A stretch of DNA of 64,000 nucleotides. It comes from Haliotis rufescens. Taxonomy: Eukaryota. The stretch covers positions 34,472,001 to 34,536,000 of the forward strand of contig NW_025963890.1 in NCBI RefSeq assembly GCF_023055435.1, written 5' to 3'. The position numbers were made by a program, and so were the translations under genes. A model generated the notes under the pieces. It was not told where the DNA came from. It was given only the letters and a program-made list of their open reading frames with translations, and ran no database searches. Shown here piece after piece: positions 13,540 through 27,285 of this stretch (its first letter is position 1; every line of letters starts with the position of its first letter).

Positions 13540-15759
13540 ACATTGCACAACAAACATAGCTGGCGTCAGAGGTCACGTAAACTTTCAATCCCTTATAAGA
13601 ACAACTCGATTGCATAGTTTATTGTGTAGTCAAATAAATTTAAATTGTTAGAATATTAGCTATTTCAAAATATGCACGAGCATGTCTACTGAGCATATGA
13701 GATATTTTTCTAACTGACTTCTTAGACATTTTTAAAGTTGAGAATATTGAATTAAATAGTTTGTGGTCTTGCATGGCGTGCATGGTTTATATACCTATCG
13801 AGGAGTCACGTTGTTAGTAGGACTAAAGATTGCACATCGAATGCTGTAGCTAACGCTGAATGGTTTATGAATGACTCATTCTCAGAAATGTGATTGTATG
13901 TATTTGTTTTGACTTGTTTTTACGCTAAGCTTAAATATTTGTTCAATGTGTATTGATCAAATATCGATTGTATCAAATGATTTTGATGTCACTCGACATT
14001 GCCGCGATTAAGAAAAATAGCTTACGTTTGTACATGTCACTGTAAAGCGATGGGTATTTTGTATCCTTTATTTTGTTTTTTATTGAGGCGGTTATCATTT
14101 ATAATGTTTGAGCCTCTGAGCACTGATATAAACAATGTTAATATATACTCGTGTGCAAGATCCTGATTCTCTCTTTCAAATTTGAAATGGTAATTATTGC
14201 ACCAAGCATACAGTCCGCTTGTATGTGGGTGTTGAGTAACTACACCACAAGGTACATGGCAATGTTAATGAGGAAGTGGGAACACCAGTTGTAATGCAAT
14301 AACGGGAGGGAACTCGTGCAGTCTTATCGTGTTCACTGTGGGTGCGATGCAGGGTAGCCTACGTATACCTAAACGGTCAGATAACATGATACAATAACGA
14401 CAAACAATCAACTGATATTAACATTCCGACTTCACCATCACTTTTTTCAACTAGAGATTTGAGATAGCTAACTACAATCTTTATTTATAATCATTTTACA
14501 GCTGTACATTTGCTGGTGTTCTTATCGTCATATATTTGCATATTCCTTGTGACACATACACTGCACACACATGGAAAGTTGTCATTGCTTATAAACGCTG
14601 GATCTAAATAATCCAGAGACATAAATATGTGAACGTCCAGTTGTGAGCATGACAGCACGTTGTGTTGTAAATCACTGAAATAAAAGTATTATTTGCTTCC
14701 AGATGTGTTCTTGTTTTTAGATGTATATATCAATTACCGGATACGCCCACGTTTTGATATCTATACCGAAACACTTTAAAAACAGATGTTGCTATTGGAA
14801 CACACATCCTCTGGTCTCCTGACTGATACAGTGGCAAATTCAAATCTGGATTACAATAAGGGTGCATCAAAACCTTTCGCAGTCTTTCTGTGCACTGTGG
14901 CTTAATATCATCCTGAAGCGGTATGTCGATTTTGTGATATTTCATGCAGTGAAAATCTGTTTCATGGAATATATATGAATAATAGTACTGCTTGGCCTTA
15001 AATCAAACGACATAGACATAGGCCCCTACCCCGGCCACTCGGCCACTCAGCCGCCCGGGCACCTGCAGAAATATCTAGGTCAGTGCAAGGCTCATATTGC
15101 ACGATATAACGTTCTACATGAGTGGTCGGCTGTCAGTCGATAACTGCGCTGGTTGAATATGAGAATCCGGTAAGACTATTCAGTTCTTATCCTCCGTTTA
15201 ATATGTAATCATTTTGAAACTACGTACTGAAATTATTCTAAAAGCATTGAATGGTTTACAAATATTAATACCTGTAGATCTTCATATGACGTACATTTCT
15301 GTTATCTGGAATATTTGTTGTACCTGTTTATATGTGTACAATGTATATTAATATTTATGCTTTTCTTGTTTCGGAAGACAGTGATTCGATTCCCCACATG
15401 GTAACAATTTTCTGGGGCACTTTCTGGTGTCTCCCGAAGTGATATTCCTTGAAGCGGCATAAAACCACACTCATGCACTCTTGGTTCAGATACAGCTCTA
15501 AACCTATGGTGGTATATCTGTCGGAGGAAGCAGCTTGAGAAACCTGGGGTATGTGCGAGTTTCGAAAATGACATGTGATTAGCGTGAACAAGAAAATGTA
15601 AATTATTCGTTCTTGTATTTCGCATATGCTATATAAGTGAGGTTAAGTCATGTAGCAAGTGTCTCCGCTAATTAATGACTTCAATTACAAATGCTGTGAT
15701 GATATGCTATCCGATGTCTGTCTGTACTTGCAGAACGAGCCAGACCTTTGTGTCACAAG

Positions 15760-17962
15760 ATGTATAAGGTAGGTACAGGTCTGTCAAACAGAGCCATTGC
15801 ACTGGCAAACAATCTCACATTGCAGAAGAGCGCGCAGCCATGTGCTTTCCCACCTTAGTTCTGTCAACATGGCAGTTGCTGGGGACGTGAAGTAGATTAT
15901 AGTTATGCCCCTTTACCGAATGCTTAATAGTTTGGTGTTTGCTCTCAGTTGTTAACTGAGGTAACTGTAAGACGTGTTTAGTGTATTGAAGTTACGTTTA
16001 AGAGAAGCACCCTTTTATTGTATATCAATGTCTAAGTAACATGTTTTATTGGCCTGTTTACTTGCGTTGGTCACTGCTATGTTATGAGTGAGTGAGTGAG
16101 TATGCTTTTAGCAATATTCCAGCAATATCACGGCGGGGGACACCAGGAATCGGGAATCGAACCCGGGGCTTCGGCGTGACGAAAGGTCCGAAAAGATTAC
16201 CCGGCCGCCCCTGCTGTGTTATGGTTTGAAATATATGTATCATGTTGTTGATCACAAATATTAATTGTATTTTTGTATAATAAAATATCAATGATTGTAC
16301 GTGACTTATTCCTCATTAAACCGGAATTCACTTCCAAACATGCCCACGGTTTCCTTCCCTTCTAGTGCATAGAATTGTGTGAATCAACGGACACACGATT
16401 CCAACAGTGACACCTTTAACTAGATTAGCGATTACATTCATGGCTTCTACTTCATGAAACTTTTTGTTATTTCAGAATACACCTGTCATTCCGGCCTGGG
16501 TGTTGATCATTCAGCTTGTCAGTTGTAAGTTGTTTTAGCCTTGACGCGGTTAAGTTGATCAAATAGCTATTTTGAGAGAGACTGAATACATAAAGGGACT
16601 AAATTGTTCCAGAACAACCTGAAAAAATAAATTGTTCGCTGCGTGTGCTGGATGGACCGGGAAAAATGAACTGTTCTCCTCCTTTCCTGTCTCTAAACAA
16701 ATCCACCGCTTACCTCCCATACTATCACATGATAGGGCCCTACGTCCAGTATCAAAGAGTGAAAAACGTTAGACAATGGAAATAGTGTATGCAGAATATT
16801 GTACTTTTTTGTGTGTTCAACTCATGATGCATTTGGTTGAAGATGTATTTGGTATGATTTTTGCAGATCGAACCAGTGCGAACCTCTGCGATGACTCTAG
16901 ATGTAGAGAGTGCTTGTATGGGTACTGGGGGCCCCAGTGTAACAACGACTGTACTAGCTGCTGGTTGGGGGGCTGCCATAAACACACTGGGCGCTGTCAC
17001 CAATGTCTTCCTGGCTGGTATACCGAGGACTGTGACACACTCTGTCCCAGTACCTGTCGTCTTAGCTACGACAGCGTGAGAAACTGTGACCGGAGCAGCG
17101 GCAAGTGTCTGGAAGGATGCAGAGAGGGATGGTGGGGGGCCACCTGTAACATGACGTGCAGTCCAGGATGTAAGAGCAAGGCTTGCTACCAGGAGGACGG
17201 TGTCTGCATATCGGATTGCCTGGAAGGGTGGCGTGGACCTAAATGTGACTGCTCGGACACCTATAACTGCCGGAATGGTAGGTGCTTGTCCGGTCGTTGT
17301 ACTGGTGGCTGTAAGGACGGTTGGACTGGCGAGACATGTACATATAAATGCAGCTTAAACTGCCTGACATGCCACCAGTCCACAACTCAATGTTCCAGTT
17401 GCAAAGAAGGTCTGTATGGTCCCGACTGCATGTCCGAGTGTACAACGAACTGCGTGGACAACAAATGTAGCATGGCAGGACACTGTATTAATGGCTGCAT
17501 CAGTGGATTCCACGGCAGTAAATGCGAGACAGCGTGTCCCTACAGATGCCGTGACTGTGACCAAGATACGGGCAACTGCAAGACTTGCTATACTGGATGG
17601 ACGGGACTCCAATGCAAAGGAATTGTCTCTGGCAGTTTGACAATAGACCAGTCTGTCACTGATACAACCAACCAACCATATAAACAAGGTCAGCACATTG
17701 TCTAAGGCATGTTTCTTGTTAATCTGACCTGAAAAAGTGTATGCTTATCTCAGTATGGAATAACGTGTTGTTGTGTTTAGTTCTTTAAAGTGAGTCTAGT
17801 ATCTAAATCCATATTCTGTGACAATCTGGTAAACAAGAACTATTTGTCTAGATATATACTAGTCTTTGTTTTCTTGGGTCTGCAGATTCATCGAGTGGCT
17901 GTGCAGAGGTTAAACTAGCAACATGTGCCATGGTGTTGATGTCATCAGTTGTCTGCAAATGA
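15760..17962 (+). CDS. G3: EGF-like-repeat surface protein, probable GPI anchor, ~318 aa; exons 15760-15768, 16476-16524, 16867-17688, 17886-17962
   Basis: Signal peptide MYK|NTPVIPAWVLIIQLVS|YRTSA-NLC, EGF repeats in ORF 16776..17705, tail DSSSGCAEVKLATCAMVLMSSVVCK* (small omega-type residues then a hydrophobic end). Confidence 0.87.
16085..16215 (-). mobile_element. tRNA-derived SINE family B (intronic)
   Basis: Reverse complement has B-box GGTTCGATTCC, TGGTGTCCCCCGCCGTGATATTGCTGGAATATTGCTAAAAGC and a (ACTC)n tail. Confidence 0.8.
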
Positions 17963-18468
17963 TACGAAGGGATAACGCCGTGGAACTTTGGACTTGTGAC
18001 TATTGGCATTTGTATAAGATGTTATCTGCAACACGTAGGAAAAACAACTAGGAATCAAAAGACTGAGGAAGTTGATTGATTGAACTATAAACATGTCTGT
18101 AGAGATATGAATGAAGCGTTTTCATTTGCTGCATTTTATTCATGTAAAAATAATGCATTATATCTAAACAGAATACATTTCGCCGCTGTTAGGTTATTTC
18201 ATGATCAACGTAAGTACTTATCTTTATTTCTGATTTGCCGTCTTATTTACAATTAAACGTCTCCGGTCCATGTTCGATGAAGGTATACATGTACGGTCTT
18301 GGTCACTTGCTTATTTGTAAAATATGTCCTTGAATATCCCCTTCCAATCAATTCAATTCAGTTCAATTTATTTACTGGAAAACCAAGAAAGGGCACATTC
18401 CGCTTTCTGAGATACATATTTGGCCATTCATAGATCATTTCTTAGGGAATGTCAATAGTTCGTTGCTG

Positions 18469-18730
18469 GAGAAGAGCTCCGGGGTAGAATAGGTCTTCAA
18501 CAACCAATGCTTGCGGTAAAAGGCGACTATGTTTTTCGTTAGAGGCGACTAAGGCTCGGGTTGTCATGCTCGCTGACCTGGTTGATGCATGTCATCGTAT
18601 TCCAGTTGGGTGGATCGATGCTCATGATGTCAATCACTGGACTCTCTGGTCCAGACACGGTTATTTACAGACCACCGTCATATGGTTGGAATATTGCCGA
18701 GTGCGGCGTTAAACAATAAGCAAACAATCA
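18469..18730 (+). mobile_element. SINE family A, near full length
   Basis: GAAGA..TCCGGGGTAGAATAGGTCTTCA..CCAATGCTTGC..AAAAGGCGAC through GCGGCGTTAAACAA; matches the 20185-20449 copy. Confidence 0.82.
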
Positions 18731-20184
18731 AAGATAGTGAAACTCAGCCCCAACAGCCGGAGAGTTACATAGTGTACACACTCGCTCCACTCTCGAAAGG
18801 TGGTTTCATAGGGCAACTTATGGTTATCAGCTCCAATTTGAGAACAGGATAGTATACATTTTGGGGCAATAAGAGATACGTTGCTAAAAATCAGGTTTCT
18901 TTAAGTTGTTTGTAGTACAAATGATCAACAATCTCTATGGGCTATTCACCTAACATGAATGAAGATTTTTGTGTTTTTAGCAGGCATACTTCCAAAAATA
19001 ATTGCTTTGGTTTCCACAAAGTTCAGTATTCATGAAATGCATCAAGTGATTTTTGTAACTCAACTGGATCATCACTGAACACAACAGCGCCATCCTCCTC
19101 CTCCTCATCATCATCATATAACGATAATATATACTGTAGTCAGAGCAGTATGTCATTGCCTTCCTTATATTCTTCATTCACAACTGATGCATTCTTGTTT
19201 GAGTGATTTTTACCTTGAGTTCGTTGCAATTTTATTATGTTTAGCATTATTTTTGGCACTATGATTTGTCTTTTTGTTCAAACAGTTAATTGTTGGGGGT
19301 GATTATTAGCAGCTTCGGATATAATATTATGCAAACAAGTTTTTGTTGAAATATATTATTTTGGATGAGTTTAACTTTACAAATTGTAACATCCGGGATG
19401 ATATGATGGGCTAAATTATCAACACATCATCATAATATACTTGATTTTCATCCTTATTACAAGCATTATCATAAGGAATATGTGGTTGCAAAAATGTGAA
19501 ATGTATCTTTGTAATGTTTCAATACAGGTATACAGAAACCATGTCCTTCTTAGTAGTTATTCCTTATGAAGAATGATACATATGCACATAAATAGACATA
19601 AACCCACTGGGAAAGGTGTCCCATTCATATATATTTCAAATAGTATTAATTTTTATATTGATCATTGAAGTTGAAGCAGTATCACAAGGTTTGTGGTTTT
19701 ATGCATCCCGCGGTTTATGCGTCGTGGTTTTGAACCACGAGGCGGAGCCTGTTTTCTTTGTGGCGGGGTATAAAAGGTATATTCTTCAGCTCAGAAATGT
19801 ATTTCACGAACAGGCGGGTTACGTAGTATGTTATGCTGACATAGATTACATGCTGTCATGCAGGTAAGATAACAGCATTTACATGGCATGCCCTTGACGT
19901 TTGATATAAACGCACAGCCCTCACACATACAATAACAATGGCTTAACAATGCCTTGAAAGCAACCGATATATTAATAGTCTTCACAAGCTACCCCCTACC
20001 TGTGATTTCGTGGAAAGGCCCAAACACGCAATACAAACAACTTCTTTGATAGGCATTTAGAAGTTGGAGTACTAAGTAAGGATAAGAAGTGATATATAGA
20101 GTGTTGTTGTTGCATTAAGTGTTTAAGAAGTCGCCTTCTGCTTTAGCAATTTCGGCTGACCTGTCCCTCTTTGGGACTCCTGTG

Positions 20185-20449
20185 TGTTTGTTTATGTTGT
20201 TTGTTGTTTAACGCCGCACTCAGCAATATTCCAGCTATACGACGGCGGTCTGTAAAATAATCTGGACCAGACAATCCAGTGATTGACATCATGAGCATCG
20301 ACCCACGCAATTGGGATCGATGGCATGTATCAACCAAGTCAGCGAGCCTGACCACCCGATCCCGTTAGTCGCCTTTTACAAGCATAGTCGCCTTTTACGG
20401 CAAGTATGGGTTGCTGAAGACCTTTTCTACCCCGGAATCTTCACGGGTC
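20185..20449 (-). mobile_element. SINE family A, full length
   Basis: Reverse complement starts GACCCGTGAAGATTCCGGGGTAGAAAAGGTCTTCAGCAACCCAT and ends GCGGCGTTAAACAACAAAC. Confidence 0.85.
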
Positions 20450-20719
20450 ACTCCCGTGTGTGAGTAGGGTACACATATCTATTGTGAGTTTGGTATTCAC
20501 ATATTTTCTCTTTTTGTATTGAAATGATTTCCAGTTGTTTTTATATTGATATGATTTCATTTTTATCCTTGGCTGCTCTGTTTATATACGTTCGAGTAGC
20601 TGTCCATCTCTCAGAAATAGAGTTAGTTTGGCCTTCGCTATTGCATCTCATGGCTTGAGGCGATTTATGACAGATAGCGGATCTAACTGCAATTCTTGTT
20701 TTAACCGAGCCCGGGCTGG

Positions 20720-23310
20720 GGCGTGGTCTTGACATTCTAGTAACACGTGAGCAATGGTTTCAGCCTGATTGCAAGATGAACAAACCTTGTCATAGTGCTT
20801 TTTGTGATCGAGTCTGAGGCGTGAGATGGCAATTTCAATTTTTCATTTGAGTATGAGTTTGGCTTTTGTTGGACCTTGGGTTGCCGATCTTACTTGCGTC
20901 CCACTGAGTTTGCCATCTTTCTGCTTTCTAGGCTTTGATTTTGCTTTTTATCTCTAGTTTGCTAAAGGGAATAGGCTGTATATCTGCTTTGTCTAGAGCT
21001 AGCTTTGCCAGTGAGTCTGCTTTTTTATTTCCATGAATATCTATGTGAGAGGGGATCCAACACAGCCCCACCTGTTGTCCTTGGTCCGATAGTTTTGTAT
21101 GTTCGTATAGAATATTGTTGACTGTATTTGGCCTGGATTTTGATTTTTGCCACTGATGGCTTGAAGTGCACTTAGCGAGTCTGATAGGACGACTGTCTTT
21201 GCTTCCGGAAATTCCGGTATGGGTTTGAGTGCATGATGAATTGCCTCCAATTCAGCCGTGAATACTATCTTTTAATGGTATCCCTAGTCAAAAATTAACT
21301 AAGATATTACAATTCATCTATCAAAGTCTACGAGTGCGTAGTAAATTACTTAGTGAATCCGATATGTCCAGAAAAAAATAGTTGTTTTGAAACTTTCGCA
21401 TCTACATCAGGAGTATCTACATTTCGTTTTTGTCTGTTTGTTTCTACTAGAAATGCATATACATTTAAATTGTCAAATTTTCATGACATGATGAGTATAT
21501 TACTGATAGATTATTTTGTACTGAACGTCGTGCTATGCTATTCCATTCCTTTTGTATTTTATACTACTACTGCCACTGTGGTTATTTCCACTGTTATTAC
21601 AATACCTCTAATACATGTCAAGCATCATATTAGTTATCCAATAATTATATAATAAGCTGTACAGCTGTAAACGATATTGTTTATCTGTATGTGTATATGG
21701 GCCAATGGCCTTTCATACAATAAAGATTGATTGATTGACTGACCATCAGGCAAGCGAACTGAATGTGCTTGGGGTTTGGAGCTCTGGATGTGGATCCCGT
21801 AACCAGCACTGTTGTTGATAGAATTCTTGGATCCATCAGTGTATATATGGGCCCAGCTGTCCCAGGTAGTTTGAATTTTAGTGATAGCTACTGATCGTAG
21901 TAGGGTTGGGTTTTCTTTTTTAGTAACTTCTGATGTTAAAGCATTGACAGCTTAGGGAGTTTTTAAAAGTTCAGGGAGGGTGTAACCCTTTGTAGTGACT
22001 TTCAGGAGGCTGAATGTCATCACAATTGTGACTTTGGATGAGTTCACGTACTAATATCCCAGATGGCTTTAGTAAGGGATCTTTTCGTGATAGGGCTTCA
22101 TCTCGAGTGTTTTTGTCTTGCCATATCTTTTTAACCAAAGGGTTTGATGTTCGTCCCCAGAACGATAATATTGCCTGCTCTCTTCTTAGTTTCAATGGGG
22201 GACACGGGTGGCCCAGTCGTCTAAGGCGCCGCGATTCGCTGTGCAGAGTTGCGTCCCTTGGGCACGCTAGAAACCTATGATTGTGGGTTCGAATCCCGGT
22301 TCGCCCCGATTATGTTTCTAGGTTTGTCAGCACCATACCTGTGCTCGTGGGTTTCACCGAAGTGGTAAACGTCTGAGACCACAATCACTTCGGGCTTTCC
22401 TCCCACATTAAGCTGACACACCGTGATATAACTGGAATACTGTTAAAAGCGGCGTTAAACCCAACTCACTCACTCACTATTTCATTTTCCAATCTTAGAA
22501 TATCTTTGCACGAATGTCCCTTCCTGAAACCACTTTGGTCAGGTTTGATGCGGTTGCCAGTTTCAAGGTGATGCATGAGCCTTTTCGTAACCATGGCTTT
22601 CACATGTGTGAGGTGAGTGAGATCGGTCGATAAGAGTTTGGCAGGGCTTCGTCTTTCCCTTGCTTTAGAAGCAGGATAACTGCAGCATGTTTCCATCCTT
22701 TTGGGACTTCTACTTTGGACCATACACGTAAAAGTAAGCTTTTGGTTTGATCAGGAAGTTTTTTCAATATCTCGTAACTGGTTGTGTCAACACCAGGTGC
22801 TGTGCCTTTTCTATGTTGTATATCATCATCAAACTCTGTAACAGTAAATGGTATATTGTATACCAGATGCTTGCTTTGCGGCTGTTTTGATATCTTAAGC
22901 ATAAGCATTTTTTCCTGTTTGAATTCTTTGCTGCAATTTGTGTTGCTGCTGACAGATGAGAAGTGCTCGGCTAGAATGTTAGCCTGTTCTTTGACTGTAT
23001 GGGCGTTGGCTAACTTGGGAATTTTTGTGGGTTTACGCTTTTCCCTGATTGCGTGTGTTTTGCTCCAGACTGTTTTAGGATTTGTTTTCTCATTTAGAGA
23101 TTTGCAGAAGGTCTGCCATGACTCTTTTTTAGAATCGTCTATGAGCTGTCTTACTTTTGTCCTGGCTGCTCGGACTTGGGCGTAGGCTGATTTATCCCTT
23201 TTTTACCTATATAGGGCTTTCTTTCTCACTCTCCTAGCTTTTGCTATTTCCCTGTTTCATCGTGGTACCGTTGAGTTTTGCCAGTTTTTTGTTCTTTATT
23301 AGGAATTGAT
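20720..23310 (-). mobile_element. Decayed non-LTR retrotransposon (I/Nimb/Ingi-type, with RNase H), with nested insertions
   Basis: RT N-terminal motifs APGVDTTSYEILKKL, WKHAAVILLLKQGK, SYRPISLTSH and QSGFRKGHSC (22466-22908). RNase H motifs HIYTDGSK (~21830-21850), AELEAI, VVLSDSLSALQAI and WIPSH..GNKKAD (21010-21260). Interrupted by a SINE (22197-22478) and a +strand fragment ending AATAAA-(GATT)n (~21270-21742). Confidence 0.85.
22197..22478 (+). mobile_element. tRNA-derived SINE family C, full length
   Basis: A-box-like GTGGCCCAGTCGTCTAAGGCG, B-box GGTTCGAATCC, tail GCGGCGTTAAACCCA(ACTC)n. Decayed relatives at ~3460, ~28160, ~58680 and 61222. Confidence 0.85.
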
Positions 23311-23589
23311 TTTTCAGCTGTGGCAGTAATTGGTATTTTCGATATTTATGGAGGTACAGCTGTCGTGGACAAGGGTGATAGTCCTCCTCCCTTGTTGCCA
23401 AGCATAAGTCTTTTTCATATACAGAGTGTGGTTGACAAGTATATATACAAGTAGGAGGCAATGTTTATACAGTGGAGTAGATATTGTTTTACTGGAATAG
23501 AGAAGCCTGTTATGTTTACAAAAGGGTAGTGATGACAATCATCGGCGAAGTCAGTGATAAAAACAAAGGATGAAGCCAGTAATAATAAC

Positions 23590-23790
23590 AACGGAAAATG
23601 GCTGATTGGGGTCTTTGATGAGTTGATGGTACGCCGGGGGTATGTGATAGCCTTGGCCACGGTTGATTGACGGCTGGAGTCTTTTGATGTTGATGGCTAC
23701 TTGTAGTTTCCGGATTTTGAAGTCTTTGAGGTTGGTGGTGCGGGCTGTGACTCTCTCCCACTGAATGCTGTTCATTCACAAAGTTGCTCA
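23590..23790 (-). mobile_element. Penelope-like element GIY-YIG endonuclease C-terminal relic
   Basis: ORF 23551..23775 reads SIQW..KIRKLQVAINIKRLQPSINRGQGYHIPPAY, matching the R..EAI.I....P..NR..G..L/I...Y ending of Penelope-like ORFs. Confidence 0.65.
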
Positions 23791-23817
23791 TGCATAAATT
23801 CTTATCCTTACTTAATA

Positions 23818-25280
23818 TACTGAGTCAAATTAAAAACTGCACATTTTTAAAAGAAATCCCATATATGATATAAAACGGACTAATGTATCAAAGAAGGTAA
23901 TTTTAAATCATTAATGTCAAAAGAAGGATTTGAATTAACGGTGGTAACCATAATTTGTTCCAAGGTATTCGGCACGAGTCCCAAGCACGAGAATATGATG
24001 GCACAAAAGTTCAGTAGCGTGTATGGCCACCATGTGCGTTGACAACTACCACACAACGCCTCCGCATGGACCTTGTGATGCTTGTGAACACATGATTAGG
24101 AAGACGACGCCATTGTTGCTGCAAAATGGTGCCAAGATCTTGCAAATTATGTGGTTGGTCCTGGAGAGTGCGCAGACGTGTTCGATGGGATTGAGGTCGG
24201 GAGACCTTGACGGCCAGTCCATGACGTTGACTCCCGCATTCTGAAGGAAATCCCTTGTCAAAATTGCTGTCTGGCATTGTCGTATTGGAAGATCAAACCG
24301 GGTCCATGTGCTGCCATAAAAGGCAGAAGTTCTGGTACCAGCACCTTGTCGCGGTAAGCAGCGGCGTTGAGGTTGCCACGGATGACAAGAAGCCCGGAAC
24401 GTGCATTGCCACAGAAACACCCAACACCATGACACTTCCGCCTCGAAATCTGTCAACTTCCTTTACACAACACTGGGCGTAACGTTCATGACGGCGCCTC
24501 CAAACCCTCGTCCTACCATCAACAAATCGAAGATTAAATCGGGATTCATCACTGAAGACGACTTGGTTCCTATTCCTCTGACTCCATCGTAAGTGTCGCT
24601 GTGCCCACAAATGACGTTGACATCTGTATAATTGAGTCAGAATCGGCCAGCAGTATGGCCGTCGTGCTTGAAGGTGAGCAGTTCTCAGATGGTTTCGAAC
24701 AGTTTGCGCACTCAGTCTACCCCTAAACAGTTCATTTCTGGTTGATGTAGCCGTCAAAAATCGGTTACGGAGGTTACGTAAGACAATCTGACGATCCTCT
24801 GCATGTGATGTCACACGTGGTCGACCTGGCCGAGGTCGATCAGCGGTGGTACCCGTTTGCTGTAGACAGCAAACAGTCCGTCGACTACAACCAATCGTCT
24901 TTGCGACTTCAGCTACGGACGTTCCCGTGTGCAACATGCCTATGGCACGTTCACGTTGCACATTTGAAAGGCGTGGCATGACAAATGGCCGTAAAGACTT
25001 TTATTTTCTTGTTTTTTTTCTTATTTTGTTAATGACTGCTTACAAGTATGGCTGAAAACACGTGCGGTATTATGGCCACGTGACCAGTTGTACGTGAAAA
25101 AACACTTTTGCCACTATAGTGCTGTGCACATGATTTTGATCGATTCACCTGCACAAAAACGGGTGTTATCTGAAGACAATACGTGGCCATTACTTTTTAA
25201 ATACACAATAAGGGCCCACAATGATAACTGGTCAAAATGTTAAAATTTTAGGATTGTGAAGTTTTTAATTTGGTTCAGTA
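23818..25280 (-). mobile_element. Full-length Tc1 transposon (second family), frameshifted, both TIRs present
   Basis: TIRs TACTGAGTCAAATTAAAAACTGCACA and (rc) TACTGAACCAAATTAAAAACTTCACA with TA flanks. ORF 24293..24979 has MPRLS..GRPRVT..VFSDESRF..GGSVM. Downstream frames give WPSRSPDLNPIEH and GGHTRY. Confidence 0.95.
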
Positions 25281-25559
25281 TACAAACAACCTTGTCTCAA
25301 CTGACACAACAGTTTACCCTGTACTTACGCTGTCGTCCCAGTTTAGGAGCATTGTAACCAAATGCATGTTTATGTTTTATAATGCGTGCTTTTGATATCA
25401 ATACGATTTAAATCTCTGTATAATTACTGAGAAGATTTATAGTTTTAAATCATACCATTTGATAAATGACATAGTTTTGAATTCGTTGAATAATATTGTC
25501 ACACTTAGTCTTTAAATGACATAGATTGTCGCCTCCTGGAAGTTGTAAGGTTCGTGGAG

Positions 25560-26015
25560 GATGAATCCTGGTTTGGGCTGGTATACTCGCGAAGGGTGGA
25601 CCCTCACATCGTGTCGGGGAACCTGAAAGAAACCCATTAGTGAGATGAGATTTTTTCAGTGTTCATTTGAGGTTAGGTCGATAAGAGTGCCATCACTTAG
25701 ATACATTCAGGTATCCTCCTGGTTGCAGCAATTTACGTTAACGCCACTGGCGTTCCGCAGGTAATATCTGAGTGTGGTGGCAGTTACGAAGTGATGACGT
25801 CTTACTGCAATCAGGAGAAACCTGTCTTCCCGCTGTGTGTCGGGGAGCTGTCGACCACCTGCATGTCACTTGGTAGCTGATCCAAACGTCATCGATTCTA
25901 TGCCCCGCTGATCACACTCTGGCTGACACCAAAGACGTTTGCTACGTGACGTTATGTTGACCCAATTTCAAGCATGCCTTTTCATTGGCTACTTCTTCGG
26001 TTGACAAACGACATC
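25560..26015 (-). mobile_element. Tc1 transposase N-terminal relic
   Basis: Minus-strand translation GMLEIG..RHVANVFGVSQSVISGA..EDRFLLIAVRRHHFVTATTL with stops; this is the Tc1 HTH region. Confidence 0.7.
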
Positions 26016-26268
26016 TTTGACGCCGAGGGGGCATAAGTGCATTCAGATGTTGCAATCCTCAGTTGCAAATGGTGTAGTGCTCTCTGATAATGATATGCAA
26101 CGATTCGCCCACGACACATCCAAACACAGTCTTTCAAGCACCCCATGCACTTAGTCCCCATGACTGCATGCCCCTGTAAGTTCATCATGTAATTGGGGTC
26201 CTATGGGGGTTATCCAATCATTGTGTACCGGGATATTTCAATCTTCATTTGTTGGATGAATTTGTTGA

Positions 26269-27285
26269 TATGTCAAGGCGGGCTATGTCAAGGCAGGCTA
26301 TGTTAAGGCACGCTATGTCAAGGCGGGCTATGTCAAGGCAGGCTATGTCAAGGCTGGTTATGTCAAGGCAGGCTATGTCAAGGCAGGCTATGTCAAGGCT
26401 GGTTATGTCAAGGCAGGCTATGTCAAGGCAGGCTATGTTAAGGCAGGTTATGTTAAGGCAGGCTATGTCAAGGCAGGCTATGTTAAGACAGGCTATGTCA
26501 AGGCAGGCTATGTCAAGGCAGGTTACGTTAAGGCAGGCTATGTCAAGGCAGGCTATGTCAAGGCAGGTTATGTCAAGGCAGGTTATGTCAAGGCAGGCTA
26601 TGTCAAGGCAGGTTATGTCAAGGCAGGCTATGTCAAGGCTGGTTATGTCAAGGCAGGCTATGTCAAGGCAGGCTATGTTAAGGCAGGTTATGTTAAGGCA
26701 GGCTATGTCAAGGCAGGCTATGTTAAGACAGGCTATGTCAAGGCAGGCTATGTCAAGGCAGGTTACGTTAAGGCAGGCTATGTCAAGGCAGGCTATGTCA
26801 AGGCAGGTTATGTCAAGGCAGGTTATGTCAAGGCAGGCTATGTCAAGGCAGGTTATGTCAAGGCAGGCTATGTCAAGGCAGGTTATGTCAAGGCAGGCTA
26901 TGTCAAGGCAGGCTATGTCAAGGCAGGTTACGTTAAGGCAGGCTATGTCAAGGCAGGTTATGTCAAGGCAGGCTATGTCAAGGCAGGCTATGTCAAGGCA
27001 GGCTATGTCAAGGCAGGTTATGTTAAGGCAGGCTATGTCAAGGCAGGCTATGTTAAGACAGGCTATGTCAAGGCAGGCTATGTCAAGGCAGGTTATGTCA
27101 AGGCAGGCTATGTCAAGACAGGCTATGTCAAGGCAGGCTATGTTAAGGCAGGCTATGTCAAGGCAGGCTATGTCAAGGCAGGCTATGTTAAGACAGGCTA
27201 TGTCAAGGCAGGCTATGTCAAGGCAGGTTATGTCAAGGCAGGCTATGTCAAGGCAGGTTATGTCAAGGCAGGCTATGTCAAGGCA
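26269..27285. repeat. 15-bp minisatellite (ATGTCAAGGCAGGCT)n, ~68 copies, with a 240-bp higher-order duplication
   Basis: Direct inspection; the 60-mers starting at 26401/26641, 26461/26701 and 26521/26761 are identical including variant units. Confidence 0.97.

Noticed and set aside
18058-18102. Hammerhead-like CTGAGGA-A-GTT..AAC..TAAACATGTC in the G3 3' region
   Set aside because: The GAAA box is absent and stem I does not pair; too degenerate to call. The same applies to a faint trace near 23500-23550 on the minus strand.
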